IMG/VR virus record: IMGVR_UViG_3300027708_003611
Span: 1-58,227 of that record
DNA from: a virus
Taxonomy: Duplodnaviria > Caudoviricetes
Length of the DNA: 58,227 nucleotides
Reading direction: 5' to 3' (one strand)
Position numbers and translations under genes: made by a program
The notes under the pieces: model-generated
The model's database searches: none
The model's input: the letters and a program-made list of their open reading frames with translations, nothing else
Told to the model about the DNA's origin: nothing
Part shown: positions 38,309 to 48,799 of the stretch, piece by piece
How the letters are laid out: each line of letters begins with the position of its first letter
Numbering within the stretch: the stretch's first letter is position 1

Positions 38309-40852
38309 GTGTATAGAAACGCTTACTATAATTCTAGAGAAGGTGTGGTACACCTCCGTACTTGGACGGAAGAGGGAGATAGAATAGATACAGATTTTCC
38401 GTTTACTCCTTATCTATATACAGAAAAAGATGGAGCTGCTGATGCTATATCTATTTTTAAAACACCCTTAAAGAAGTATTATTTTAAAAATTCTTTTGAT
38501 CGTAATAGATTTGTTACTGATACAAAAACAAACCGACTCTTCGGTAACCTACCCGTTGATCAACAATTCCTTATTGATTCTTTTAAAGAAGAAGTACATA
38601 AAGAAGAGTTTAGTAAGTTTCCGTTAAAAGTATATTTTATTGATATTGAAACTTACTCACCTAATGAGTTTCCAGTTCCTACTAAAGCTAAAGACCCTGT
38701 AACATTAATCACTATACTTGATACTATTACAGGTAAGATTCATACCTGGGGATTAAAGAAAGATTACAAACCTACATTGAGCAATGTTACATATTATAAA
38801 TGTAAAGATGAATGTGAGTTATTTGAAAAGTTTATAGATTTTTGGAAAAAGGACCCTCCAGATATTCTTACAGGGTGGAATACTGAACATTTTGATATCC
38901 CGTATATTATTAACCGTGCTAAAAAATTACTTGGTGAAGAATTTATTCGTCAATTATCCCCGGTAAGAGAAATTAACTATAGAGAAAATTTTCAAAAATT
39001 TGGTAAAGACATTGGACGTTGGTATATATCCGGTGTTAGTTGTCTTGATTATATGGAAATTTACAAAACATATTCAAAAGGTGATAGAGAGTCCTACTCT
39101 TTAAATTACATTGCTGAATATGAACTTAATGAAGGTAAATTAGCAATTAACGCAACAAATTTGTCTACACTAGCTGATACAGACTGGGATAATTTTGTTG
39201 ATTATAATATTCAGGATGTTGATCTTCTTCGTAAACTTGAAGATAAATTAAATTATCTTAAAATTATTCGTTTACTTGCATACAAAGGCTGTACAAACTT
39301 TGAAAGAGCTTTAGGTAAAGTATCAATCGTAACAGGTGCGATGTCACTACAAGCCTTAAAACAAGGATATATTATTCCTACGTTTAAGAATGATGTAACG
39401 AGAGAAGCTTTAGAAGGCGGATACGTGAGAGAACCTGTTAGAGGCCTCAAAGAATCGATTGTAAGCTTTGACGTTAATTCTCTATACCCAAACACAATTA
39501 TAACTCTTAATATCTCTCCAGAAACAAAATTAGGAAAGATTGTTACAGGAGATCTAGAAGTAGATAATGAGTTAGAAATAAAGCTCGCTAATGGTAAGCT
39601 TTCAACAATCAGTACAGATAAGTTTCGAAAATTTATAAAAGAAGAAAAGATAGCCGTATCTAAAGCAGGTGTATTATATTCACAAAAATTTAAAGGTGTT
39701 TGTCCTAACTTAATTAATAGTATCTACGATGAACGTGTGTATGCACGTAATCGAATGATAGAGCTCAAAAAATCTAAGAAAAAAGATAAAGATACAATTG
39801 ATTCAATTCAATATTTTGATACACTACAATACACACTAAAAATTCTTCTTAATTCCATTTACGGTACATTTGCTAATAAACATTCAGCGTTTATGGATAT
39901 TGATAACGCTTCATCTATTACTTTAACGGGACAAGCAGTAGCTAAGGCTGGAGGCAATATTATTGATCAATACGCAAAAGATATTTTCAATGTTAATGAA
40001 ACATTAATCTTAAGCGGTGATACTGATTCTTTATATATAACCATACAGCCTATTTTAGATAAGCTTGGCATTAATTTAGCTAAAGAATGTATCATAGTAC
40101 CTGAAGTACATACTATTGTAGATTCTATTGATAAACATCTAAGTATTAAAATTCTCGAATGGGCAAAAGAAGAATTAAATTCTATCGACCCACGATTTGT
40201 CTTCAAGCGCGAAGCTATAGCTGATGTAGGTTCTTTTTTACAAAAGAAACGTTACATCCTTCGTATTCTTGATGAAGAAGGTGTTACTACAAATAAATTT
40301 AAATATGTCGGAGTAGAGCTTGCTAGATCTACAACTCCAAAAGAAGTTAAAGCTATTATTCAAAAAACAATTGAAACAGCATTTCTTACAAAAGATGTAA
40401 AAAAGACAAATGAAATCTATAGAGAGGCTTATGATCTTTTTAGAAATTTAAGTATATCAGAAGCTTCGTTTAGAAGATCTGTTAAAGAGCCAGAAAAATA
40501 TGCTGAAGGAGCTTCTTTAAACAAATTTAATAAAGGTACCCCGGGCCATGTTAAAGCCGCTCTTGCTTATAATTTACTTTTAGAAAAATTTAATTTACAG
40601 AATAAATACGAATTAATCAGACCAGGTCAAAAAGTTAAGTATTTTTATGCTAGTAAAAACCCTTACGGTTTAGAAGCAGTAGCGTTTATTACTGAGTATC
40701 CAAAAGAATTTAGTGAAATAAAAATTGATTATGATAAAATGTTTGAAAAAATTGTAGCACCACCAATAGAGAGTGTTTACGAAGCTATTGGATGGTATTT
40801 ACCAATTATAGGTAAAGAAGTTCAAACAGATTTATTTGAATTATTTTCTTGA
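38309..40852 (+). CDS. family B DNA polymerase (gp43-like)
   Basis: DIET, GWN..FD, YNIQDV, DVNSLYP, KILLNSIYG, GDTDS, KKRY. Confidence 0.96.
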   Translation: MYRNAYYNSREGVVHLRTWTEEGDRIDTDFPFTPYLYTEKDGAADAISIFKTPLKKYYFKNSFDRNRFVTDTKTNRLFGNLPVDQQFLIDSFKEEVHKEEFSKFPLKVYFIDIETYSPNEFPVPTKAKDPVTLITILDTITGKIHTWGLKKDYKPTLSNVTYYKCKDECELFEKFIDFWKKDPPDILTGWNTEHFDIPYIINRAKKLLGEEFIRQLSPVREINYRENFQKFGKDIGRWYISGVSCLDYMEIYKTYSKGDRESYSLNYIAEYELNEGKLAINATNLSTLADTDWDNFVDYNIQDVDLLRKLEDKLNYLKIIRLLAYKGCTNFERALGKVSIVTGAMSLQALKQGYIIPTFKNDVTREALEGGYVREPVRGLKESIVSFDVNSLYPNTIITLNISPETKLGKIVTGDLEVDNELEIKLANGKLSTISTDKFRKFIKEEKIAVSKAGVLYSQKFKGVCPNLINSIYDERVYARNRMIELKKSKKKDKDTIDSIQYFDTLQYTLKILLNSIYGTFANKHSAFMDIDNASSITLTGQAVAKAGGNIIDQYAKDIFNVNETLILSGDTDSLYITIQPILDKLGINLAKECIIVPEVHTIVDSIDKHLSIKILEWAKEELNSIDPRFVFKREAIADVGSFLQKKRYILRILDEEGVTTNKFKYVGVELARSTTPKEVKAIIQKTIETAFLTKDVKKTNEIYREAYDLFRNLSISEASFRRSVKEPEKYAEGASLNKFNKGTPGHVKAALAYNLLLEKFNLQNKYELIRPGQKVKYFYASKNPYGLEAVAFITEYPKEFSEIKIDYDKMFEKIVAPPIESVYEAIGWYLPIIGKEVQTDLFELFS

Positions 40853-41079
40853 ACTCTTATTTCTTTAATAAAAAGTTTAATAATTTCAGCTCCTTTAAAT
40901 TTTAAAAAACGCTCTGATTTTATTTTGAAATGTTTTAAAGCTTTGTCTATACAATCGCTTTTTGTAGTGGAGGCTGTATTCCAAATATATATCGGGCCCA
41001 CTTTTATTACATGAACCATTCTTTTATAAACAAAATACTTGATATTATCTGCATTTGACATTATTATTGTACAATATTT

Positions 41080-41925
41080 ATGCTTATAAGTCACGAAACA
41101 CCTATCAGTCTTCTAGAAACATCTAGAGGTTATAACGATTATGATTATTGTTTAGTACACTTATTACCTGAACAACCAGAATATCTTAAATTTTATAAGG
41201 AATCTGTTGATATGGGTAGACATGTATTGCTTGATAATAGTATTTTTGAACTTGGAACTTCCTACAACCCTAAAGAGTTTGCTTTTTGGGTTAAAGAGCT
41301 TTGTCCAACCGAGTATATTATACCTGATGTATTAGAAAGTGCTGAAGGCACTATTGAAAGTTTTAAAAAGTTTAGTAGTGACTATTCTCTTCCAGGTAGA
41401 AAGATTGGTGTGGTTCAAGGTAAGACATATAAGGAAATTGCTGATTGTTACAACTATATTGCACCTCGTGTCGATAAAATAGCTATATCTTTTGATTATT
41501 CGTTTTATCTTAATGAATGGAATACACGGGATGATTATATGAAGGATACTGATCCACTACCTATTTGGGCTCAAGGACTTGAGTTAAATAAGTGGGTACG
41601 GTATACCCTTGGTAGAGCAGCATTATTATACCGTCTTTATAATGATAAGATATTACTACCTAATAAAAAGCATCACCTTTTAGGTTGTGCAACTCCTTGG
41701 GAGTTTATACTCTATAATAATGCACCCTTTAAGAAAGATATTACAACAATTGATACATCTAACCCTATTGTAGCAGCTATTCTTTATAAAAAGTACAATC
41801 CTGTTTACGGTTTACATGAAAAATGGTCAGTAAAGCTTGTTGATTATATCGGAGCTAATATAACCCGTGAACAGCTCGAATTAGCTTTTTATAATACATC
41901 GCTCTTTAGAAAGTTCTGTTCATGA
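41080..41925 (+). CDS. DpdA/TGT-like 7-deazaguanine transglycosylase (probably DpdA3 type)
   Basis: LLDNS, PDV, VVQG, HHLLG, TIDTSNP TGT-barrel motifs; first gene of a block ending in queF. Confidence 0.7.
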   Translation: MLISHETPISLLETSRGYNDYDYCLVHLLPEQPEYLKFYKESVDMGRHVLLDNSIFELGTSYNPKEFAFWVKELCPTEYIIPDVLESAEGTIESFKKFSSDYSLPGRKIGVVQGKTYKEIADCYNYIAPRVDKIAISFDYSFYLNEWNTRDDYMKDTDPLPIWAQGLELNKWVRYTLGRAALLYRLYNDKILLPNKKHHLLGCATPWEFILYNNAPFKKDITTIDTSNPIVAAILYKKYNPVYGLHEKWSVKLVDYIGANITREQLELAFYNTSLFRKFCS

Positions 41926-42461
41926 AAAAATGGATAGCGTTTTTTAGTCAGACAGGATCAGAAATTTATAGAGTTTCTAAAAAACTCAATAAAGTACCAG
42001 ATCTTATTATTACTAATAAACAGGATTTAACGGGTATTAATTCATCTCTTTTAGAAGAGTACGGGTCAGTAATATTTCAGATTAATAAAAACCCTTCAGC
42101 TGGAGAATATTTACATTTTATTTCTGATAATTCTCTTGTAACACTTCACGGTTGGTTAAGAATTATTCCACCTATTGTTTGTGAACGTCATGAAATATAT
42201 AATCTTCACCCTGCTAATCTTATACATAATCCAGAATTAAAAGGTAAGGACCCTCAAAAGATGGCTTATGAACAAAAACTTGTTTTTTCAGGTAATACAA
42301 TTCATCGTTGTATAGCAGAACTTGATGCTGGGGAAATATTTGAACATAGTTATATTTCTATTGAAGGATTAACTTTAGATAAAACTATTAAAACATTACA
42401 TGATGATGCTACGAATTTATGGTTTACTTTTTTGAATAAGCATTTAATATATAGTGCATGA
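41922..42461 (+). CDS. PurN-like formyltransferase (DpdN-like)
   Basis: FFSQTGS, LHGWLRI, YNLHP, G.TIH....LDAG. Confidence 0.8.
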   Translation: MKKWIAFFSQTGSEIYRVSKKLNKVPDLIITNKQDLTGINSSLLEEYGSVIFQINKNPSAGEYLHFISDNSLVTLHGWLRIIPPIVCERHEIYNLHPANLIHNPELKGKDPQKMAYEQKLVFSGNTIHRCIAELDAGEIFEHSYISIEGLTLDKTIKTLHDDATNLWFTFLNKHLIYSA

Positions 42462-43015
42462 AGATAGCTATTTCAGGAGCTCATAGTCAAGGTAAAACTA
42501 CTCTTGTAAAGTATTTACAAGATATAAATGTACTTACTGATTTTAAGTTTAAAACTTCTTTAACAAGAGGTATGCAGAAAGCGGGGTATAATATTAATGA
42601 AGACGGTGATGAAGTAACTCAGCTTGCAATTATGACTAAACATCTTCAACGTCTTAACGAAAAAGGTGATAGGATTTACGACCGTTGTGCTTTAGATGGT
42701 TATGCTTATTCAATGGCTTTAATAAAAGATCTTAAAGTGTTAGATATTATTAGAGATTTGTTTTTGGTAATGATTGATAGATACGATATCATTTTCTATG
42801 TTGAGCCGGAATTACCTCTTATAGAGGATGGTCAACGAACGGTTAATAAAGATTTTTTCGATAGTGTAGTGCAATCTTTTGATTGTATTATTAAATCATA
42901 TGCAATACCTGTTGTAAGGCTTAGTGGCTCTGTTGAAGAACGTGCTAGACAATTCTTTGTAGCTTTACAAGATAAAGAGGTAGAAATACACAACAACGAT
43001 TTTTACGAATTATGA
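42458..43015 (+). CDS. P-loop NMP kinase-like protein (AAA_28)
   Basis: GAHSQGKTT, YDRCALD, DGQR, GSVEER. Confidence 0.75.
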   Translation: MKIAISGAHSQGKTTLVKYLQDINVLTDFKFKTSLTRGMQKAGYNINEDGDEVTQLAIMTKHLQRLNEKGDRIYDRCALDGYAYSMALIKDLKVLDIIRDLFLVMIDRYDIIFYVEPELPLIEDGQRTVNKDFFDSVVQSFDCIIKSYAIPVVRLSGSVEERARQFFVALQDKEVEIHNNDFYEL

Positions 43016-43923
43016 GTACAACTAACATGAATGACATTGCATCGAAGTCTTTAGGATCTTCGGCTTCGTATGCAGTATACACCGATACGTTTGATCCATC
43101 ATTGCTTAACCCAATGCCTCGTTCTCTTGCACGAGACGATTGGAATATTAAAGCAGATAGTTTTGTTGGGTACGATACCTGGCATTGTCACGAAGCTACA
43201 TTCCTTCTTAATAGTGGAGTACCAGTAGCAGGTACCCTCAAGTATGTTTATTCATGCGATTCAGAGTTCATGGTAGAGTCAAAGTCTGCTAAGCTTTACT
43301 GTAATTCATTTGATATGTGTAAGATGGGAGAAACATACGCTCAAGCTATTGACAATTATGAGAATCAGATTCGTACAGATCTTGAGAACGTTCTTAAGAC
43401 ACCTGTTTCAGTTAAATTTTTCCGCTCCGGAGCTGATACTAGCGCCGCTGATCCTGTTTACGGTTATGTAGATCTTACTGATAAGATTCATTTTAGTACA
43501 GAAATTACAGATTACGCTTCAAAGGAAGAGCATCTTAAATTCTACTCTCTTACAGACGGTGAAGAGATTGTTGAGTGTAAGTATTTTACAAACGCTTTGA
43601 GATCGCGTTGCAGACATACAAAGCAGAAAGATACAGGTACGGCCTATATTCGCATTGTAACGAAGGGTTGTGAAGTTAACCCTGTTTCACTCTTCAAGCA
43701 AGTTGTTTCTTTGAGAGAAGTAAATGAGTTTCATGAATTTTGTGCTGAAAAGCTTTATACAAGCATTATGGGTCATCCAGCTGTAATTGACTGTGCTGTA
43801 ACTCTTCTTTACGCTCGTCGTGGATCTCTTGATATTAATCCTACAAGAGCCAGTAGAGTAGAGCTTCTACCATCTGCTCTTATTAACCATACCCTTTATA
43901 CAAAAAAAGCAATGGGTCAGTAA
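43012..43923 (+). CDS. queF: NADPH-dependent preQ0 reductase, bimodular
   Basis: ESKSAKLY.NSF, catalytic C/D in RSRC..T.Q.DTG, EFHE.C.E, YARRG.LDINP.R. Confidence 0.9.
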   Translation: MSTTNMNDIASKSLGSSASYAVYTDTFDPSLLNPMPRSLARDDWNIKADSFVGYDTWHCHEATFLLNSGVPVAGTLKYVYSCDSEFMVESKSAKLYCNSFDMCKMGETYAQAIDNYENQIRTDLENVLKTPVSVKFFRSGADTSAADPVYGYVDLTDKIHFSTEITDYASKEEHLKFYSLTDGEEIVECKYFTNALRSRCRHTKQKDTGTAYIRIVTKGCEVNPVSLFKQVVSLREVNEFHEFCAEKLYTSIMGHPAVIDCAVTLLYARRGSLDINPTRASRVELLPSALINHTLYTKKAMGQ

Positions 43924-43969
43924 ATTAACCCTAGCACAAACTATAAATCTATAATAATATATTAACGAT

Positions 43970-44359
43970 ATGAGCGAAACCACAAACACAATAGCAGTAT
44001 TCTTCGACTCTGTAGGACGTACAATCCTTGGAGAACGCATTGATGCTGATACATCAGATAAGGTTCTTACCATTAAGAACCCAGCCGTAGTACACATTAT
44101 GCCTAATCAGCAGACTGGTCAACTATCGTTACAGATTCTTCCTCTGTTCTTCAGAGAGTTTCTTGCCGATAAGACTGAGCCTACTGTTTGGAAGTATAAT
44201 CGTGAGCTTATTACCGAATGTAAAGATGTTGCATTTGATTTTAAGCTTCAGGCTCAGTACCAGCAAATCTTTAACCCTAGCCCGATTATCACACCGACTA
44301 ATCCGGGTGTAGCTCCTGCTGGAGCTGGTGATGTTGTTCGTCTTTTTGACGAAGAATAA
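43970..44359 (+). CDS. hypothetical phage protein (Sm-like pattern)
   Basis: G..ILG....LTIKNPA; C-terminal IITP. Confidence 0.6.
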   Translation: MSETTNTIAVFFDSVGRTILGERIDADTSDKVLTIKNPAVVHIMPNQQTGQLSLQILPLFFREFLADKTEPTVWKYNRELITECKDVAFDFKLQAQYQQIFNPSPIITPTNPGVAPAGAGDVVRLFDEE

Positions 44360-44394
44360 TTTGCTTTAATAGAAGCAGCATCTAATATTTCGGT

Positions 44395-45492
44395 ATGGCT
44401 AAAAACGAACTCTCTTATTTAAAAGACATTTTTAAATCAGTCGACGACTTAAACCCCGACTCCGCAGTATTAGATGCTGCTACTCTATCAACTGCTGACG
44501 ACTGGATTGATACCGGTTCGTATGCATTAAACGCTATTATCTCAGGATCCATGTATAAGGGAATTCCAGGAGGCCGTATTACAGGTTTTGCTGGACCTTC
44601 GATGGCTGGTAAGACTCTTATTATGAATAAGGTTATGGCTAATGCTCAAAAGAAAGGCTATATACCTGTAATTTGGGATTCTGAGGTAGCTGTTGATAAG
44701 AAAAGTGCTGAAGGAGCTGGCATGGATACATCTCGTGTTAAGTACTACCCTGTTGAGACGATTGAAGATTGCCGTAATCAAATGAGTGCATTTCTCGATA
44801 ACGTTATTAAGGCGAATAATCCTGATCTTAAGTTTATCGTAGCAATTGACTCTCTTGGAAATCTTGCAAGTGCTAAGGAAATTAAAGATGCTACAGCTGG
44901 TAAAGATTCAGCAGATGTAGGACAAAGAGCAAAAGCTATTAAATCGATGATGCGTACACTTACCTATAAAGCTGCTAAAGCAAAGGTACCAATTTTATTT
45001 AGTAATCACATTTATGAAGGAATGGAAATGTTCCCTACTCTTGTTAAAACTCAGAGTGGTGGCAAGGGACCGATTTATCTTGCTTCGGTTCTTGTACAAC
45101 TTAGTACGAAGAACGAAAAAGCTAGTGACAACCCTAATGAACAATCTGTGGCTATTGCTCATAATATTTCAGGTGTAACGCTTGGCGCTATGACAGTGAA
45201 AAACCGTTTTGTACCATCTTATCTTAAGACTGAACTTTATTTAAACTTTAAAACAGGTCTTGATAAACATGCTGGTCTTTTTGAAATTGCAGAAGCGTTC
45301 GGTGTTATTGAAAAACCTGGACGTACAGTAATGTATAAAGGTGAAAGTCTTGGTTATAGAAAAGATCTTGAAAAAGATCCTAAATTCTGGGAAAAGATTA
45401 TGCCTGAATTAGAAAAAGTTTTACAAGAAAAACTTTGCTATGGCACTAGTTCTACAGTAGATATTGAAGAAGAAGTCGATAATATCGAATAA
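44395..45492 (+). CDS. uvsX: RecA-like recombinase UvsX
   Basis: DTGSYALNAIISG, GPSMAGKT, DSE, IDSLGNL, NH.Y, SGG.G, KNRF. Confidence 0.93.
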   Translation: MAKNELSYLKDIFKSVDDLNPDSAVLDAATLSTADDWIDTGSYALNAIISGSMYKGIPGGRITGFAGPSMAGKTLIMNKVMANAQKKGYIPVIWDSEVAVDKKSAEGAGMDTSRVKYYPVETIEDCRNQMSAFLDNVIKANNPDLKFIVAIDSLGNLASAKEIKDATAGKDSADVGQRAKAIKSMMRTLTYKAAKAKVPILFSNHIYEGMEMFPTLVKTQSGGKGPIYLASVLVQLSTKNEKASDNPNEQSVAIAHNISGVTLGAMTVKNRFVPSYLKTELYLNFKTGLDKHAGLFEIAEAFGVIEKPGRTVMYKGESLGYRKDLEKDPKFWEKIMPELEKVLQEKLCYGTSSTVDIEEEVDNIE

Positions 45493-46847
45493 TGTCTAAT
45501 CCAGAACCTGGTAAGCTTGATCTCGATTATTACGAGAACATTATTCTTTTTAACTCTCTTTTAAGTCAGGAGTATTTAGCAACAATTATAGAACATGCTG
45601 ATCCCGCTTATTTCAATGATAAGAGTATCCAGACTGTGTTTAAAACAATTGCATTTTTCTTTTCTGAGAGAGGTACCGTACCAACAGCAACTGAAATTAA
45701 GTCAAGATTAACTTCTGAAGAGGAACGAAAAGCGTTTAACGATATTGCTAACCGGTTTAAAGAAATTGATACGAAGTTTAATAAAGAAGAGTTACTTAGT
45801 AATACAGAGAGGTTTCTTAAAGAAAGATGTTTATATAAAACTATTTTAGAAACTGCTGAAAAGTATGCTCAAGGTAAAGCAGACCCCGCTGATGCACTTA
45901 AAGAGTTTGAAAAGGCTTATACTATTAATCTTACTGAAAATTCCGGTCATTGGTATTTTGAGGATGTAGATAACCATATTAAAGAACTCACTACTATATA
46001 TAACCCTATTCCAACAGGTTGGAAATTTTTAGATGAAAAATTAGAAGGTGGGTTGTTTCCTAAAACACTCACCTGTCTTGTTGGTCAGGTAAATATCGGT
46101 AAGAGTATTTTTTTAGGTAATATTGCTACTAATTTTGTTTTAAAAAATAAAAACGTACTTCTTATTTCTTTAGAAATGTCAGAGTATATGTATGCAAAAA
46201 GGATTAGTGCACAGATGACACAAATACCTCACAATCAACTTAAAGTCTTTACAGATGAACTTAAACAACAAGTTAAGCATATTGAAAAGCAAATCGATAG
46301 TAAGCTTATTATTAAAGAATATCCCCCAAAGACAGTTACCGTAAGACATATTGATGCTTATATTACTAAGCTTGGCCATAAAGGTTTCAAACCTGAAGTT
46401 GTAGTTATTGACTATATTAACCTTCTTAAATCTTCTACAAAGAATTTAAACTCTTACGAAACTGTAAAAGAAATAGCTGAGCAACTTCGAGCTCTATCTT
46501 TTAAATATAATATTCCGTTTGTTACAGCTTCTCAACTTAATCGTGGTTCCTTTAATACATCATCACCTGGTATGGAAGGTATATCTGAGAGTATTGGATT
46601 AGCAGCAACTTGTGACGTTATTTGTTCGCTATGGCAAGAAGAAGAAGATAAAGAGCTCGGTATTATTAACCTCGGTATGCAAAAGAATCGATTTGGCGCT
46701 AACTATGGTAGTTGTGCGTTCAAAGTAAAATATGAAACGCTAACTCTTAATGAAGTTAATCCTGATCATTTTAGTACTGAAACACCACAACAAGCTATTG
46801 CAGATGCTCAAAATACTTTAGATAAACTTTCCATTACAGAAACTTGA
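45492..46847 (+). CDS. DnaB-like replicative helicase (gp41-like)
   Basis: GQVNIGKS, SLEM, IKEYP, IDYINL, TASQLNR, SESIGL, KNRFG. Confidence 0.93.
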   Translation: MSNPEPGKLDLDYYENIILFNSLLSQEYLATIIEHADPAYFNDKSIQTVFKTIAFFFSERGTVPTATEIKSRLTSEEERKAFNDIANRFKEIDTKFNKEELLSNTERFLKERCLYKTILETAEKYAQGKADPADALKEFEKAYTINLTENSGHWYFEDVDNHIKELTTIYNPIPTGWKFLDEKLEGGLFPKTLTCLVGQVNIGKSIFLGNIATNFVLKNKNVLLISLEMSEYMYAKRISAQMTQIPHNQLKVFTDELKQQVKHIEKQIDSKLIIKEYPPKTVTVRHIDAYITKLGHKGFKPEVVVIDYINLLKSSTKNLNSYETVKEIAEQLRALSFKYNIPFVTASQLNRGSFNTSSPGMEGISESIGLAATCDVICSLWQEEEDKELGIINLGMQKNRFGANYGSCAFKVKYETLTLNEVNPDHFSTETPQQAIADAQNTLDKLSITET

Positions 46848-46882
46848 TTAATATACATAAATGCAGTAAATAATCTGCATAC

Positions 46883-47197
46883 ATGTTTAACGAAAAAGTA
46901 TTAGATGATTTTTTATCAAAAAACGACCCTTTAAAACAAATATGTACAAAGGAATATATACAAGGTGTGTTTAAATTTGGTTCTTTATTATCAATTTTAC
47001 ATAATAAAAAAATAAACCCGTCAACTGTTTTTGTTACAATATTAGAAAATAAAGAAATTAGAGACTTATTTGTCGAAGTTACTCACTCTGATAATGCAAA
47101 AGATGCCTTACTTGGCCTCTTGCAACTTTACCCGCCGCTATTAAAATCAAAGAATACAAAACGATTATTCAAGAAATCAATAACGAGTAAAAAGTGA
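46883..47197 (+). CDS. hypothetical protein
   Basis: 104 aa; hairpin-embedded TAAATA upstream. Confidence 0.6.
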   Translation: MFNEKVLDDFLSKNDPLKQICTKEYIQGVFKFGSLLSILHNKKINPSTVFVTILENKEIRDLFVEVTHSDNAKDALLGLLQLYPPLLKSKNTKRLFKKSITSKK

Positions 47198-47862
47198 CTG
47201 AAACAGAAAAAAGAATATACAATAAACATTTAGCAATATCTCGCTCTTTACGCAATAAACCTTTTAAACTTAAAGGAGATTTTACTGATTTTGAAAATAA
47301 TCCAAAATACGTGTCGTTAAAAAGACTATCCGTATTTTTCAGCAGATATCCTAATATAGATATAGATACATATTTTATAGCTCCGTATAAAATATATAAA
47401 GACGTAGACCATTTTGATTTAAATTACTTTGCTTCACCGAGAGCTATAAAAACTTACACAATTTACAAACAACAACAAGAAATGCTATCTCCCGATAAAC
47501 AAATATCTGATGTAAAGAACTCATTATTTTTTATTGTAAAATTTTGTATTACGAATAAAGTACAACTTCATGATTATCCTAGTTTTAAGTTTACCGGTAT
47601 GTCTCCTGAATGGGTATATCATTTAAAAAATAAAAAAATAAATCCATACTCTCTTATGGAGTTTACAGGTATTTTTCCTTATATAAATGAGATGCCTTTT
47701 GATGAAAGAGAATTACTATTAGGTAATTTTGGTAAAACATACCCCGACTTTAAATCTCGTTATAATAGTTCTAACGAACTTAAATCATTTTTAAGTAAAG
47801 CATTTATAACATTAAAACTTTTTATAGATAAGAGCTTGAATTCTTCAAACTCGTATGTATAA
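47194..47862 (+). CDS. hypothetical protein, possibly gp59-like helicase loader (synteny only)
   Basis: size and position directly upstream of gp32. Confidence 0.4.
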   Translation: MTETEKRIYNKHLAISRSLRNKPFKLKGDFTDFENNPKYVSLKRLSVFFSRYPNIDIDTYFIAPYKIYKDVDHFDLNYFASPRAIKTYTIYKQQQEMLSPDKQISDVKNSLFFIVKFCITNKVQLHDYPSFKFTGMSPEWVYHLKNKKINPYSLMEFTGIFPYINEMPFDERELLLGNFGKTYPDFKSRYNSSNELKSFLSKAFITLKLFIDKSLNSSNSYV

Positions 47863-47894
47863 TACAAACAAATAAACAACCAAACAAACTCATT

Positions 47895-48779
47895 ATGACA
47901 TTAACAAAAAATATATTCGCAGAAATTAAAGCTTCACTCTCTAATAAGAATGATAATTCTTATAAAGATATTATGAAGTTCGAATCTGGTAAGACATACA
48001 CCGTTCGTCTTGTACCGAACATCACTGAACCTAAGAAGACAATCTATAACTACAAGCATCACTCTTGGAAGAGTCATTCTAATGGACAGTTTTTTACATC
48101 TCTTTGCCCTTCTACTTACGGTGAGAATTGCCCTATTGATTCATATGTTATGAAAACATATAATAACGGTACTGATGAAGAGAAGAAGAAGCTCGGTGAT
48201 ATTTCACGTAAGGAAAGCTGGATGGTTAATGCTTACGTTATCTCAGATCCTACTAATCCTGAGAACGAAGGCAAGGTTAAGGTTATTCGTTACGGTAAGG
48301 AGCTCGCTAAGATTATTCAAAGTGCTATTGACGGTGATGATGCTTCTGAGTTTGGTGCTGAGAAAGTATTTGATGTAGCTAATGGTAGCACTCTTCGTAT
48401 TAAGTGTGAGCCCCGTACTGGTAATGCTGGTAATCGGTTATCAGTGACTTACTCCTCATCTAAGTTTTTGTCTACCTCTAAACTTGAACTTAATGATAAT
48501 CAACTTCGTGCAATTTACGAAGGTGTACATGATCTTGAAAAGTTTAATAAAGCTAAGACATCTGCCGAGCTTCAACGTGGACTCGATCAACATTTCTTCT
48601 GTATTGAAGATGTAACAACCGAAGAGGCTGTTGACGAAGATACTGTACCGGAACCTGTAAAGCAAGTATCTACAAAGAAGGACCCTATTAATGAAATTTT
48701 TCAGGGCGTAGATGAAGCTAAGGTCCCTGCTGAAGATGATACTGATGCCAAGCTTAAGGAGTTACTTGCCGGTCTTTAA
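47895..48779 (+). CDS. single-stranded DNA-binding protein (gp32-like)
   Basis: VRLVP, H..., CP....CP, YVISDP.NPENEGKV...RYGK, Y.SSKF, acidic tail. Confidence 0.9.
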   Translation: MTLTKNIFAEIKASLSNKNDNSYKDIMKFESGKTYTVRLVPNITEPKKTIYNYKHHSWKSHSNGQFFTSLCPSTYGENCPIDSYVMKTYNNGTDEEKKKLGDISRKESWMVNAYVISDPTNPENEGKVKVIRYGKELAKIIQSAIDGDDASEFGAEKVFDVANGSTLRIKCEPRTGNAGNRLSVTYSSSKFLSTSKLELNDNQLRAIYEGVHDLEKFNKAKTSAELQRGLDQHFFCIEDVTTEEAVDEDTVPEPVKQVSTKKDPINEIFQGVDEAKVPAEDDTDAKLKELLAGL

Positions 48780-48799
48780 TTTTAATTTATAATAATTTT

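Noticed and set aside
40822-41094. 90-aa minus-strand ORF between gp43 and the DpdA-like gene
   Set aside because: Overlaps both neighbours with no motif; a shorter version from ATG 41061 is possible but unsupported
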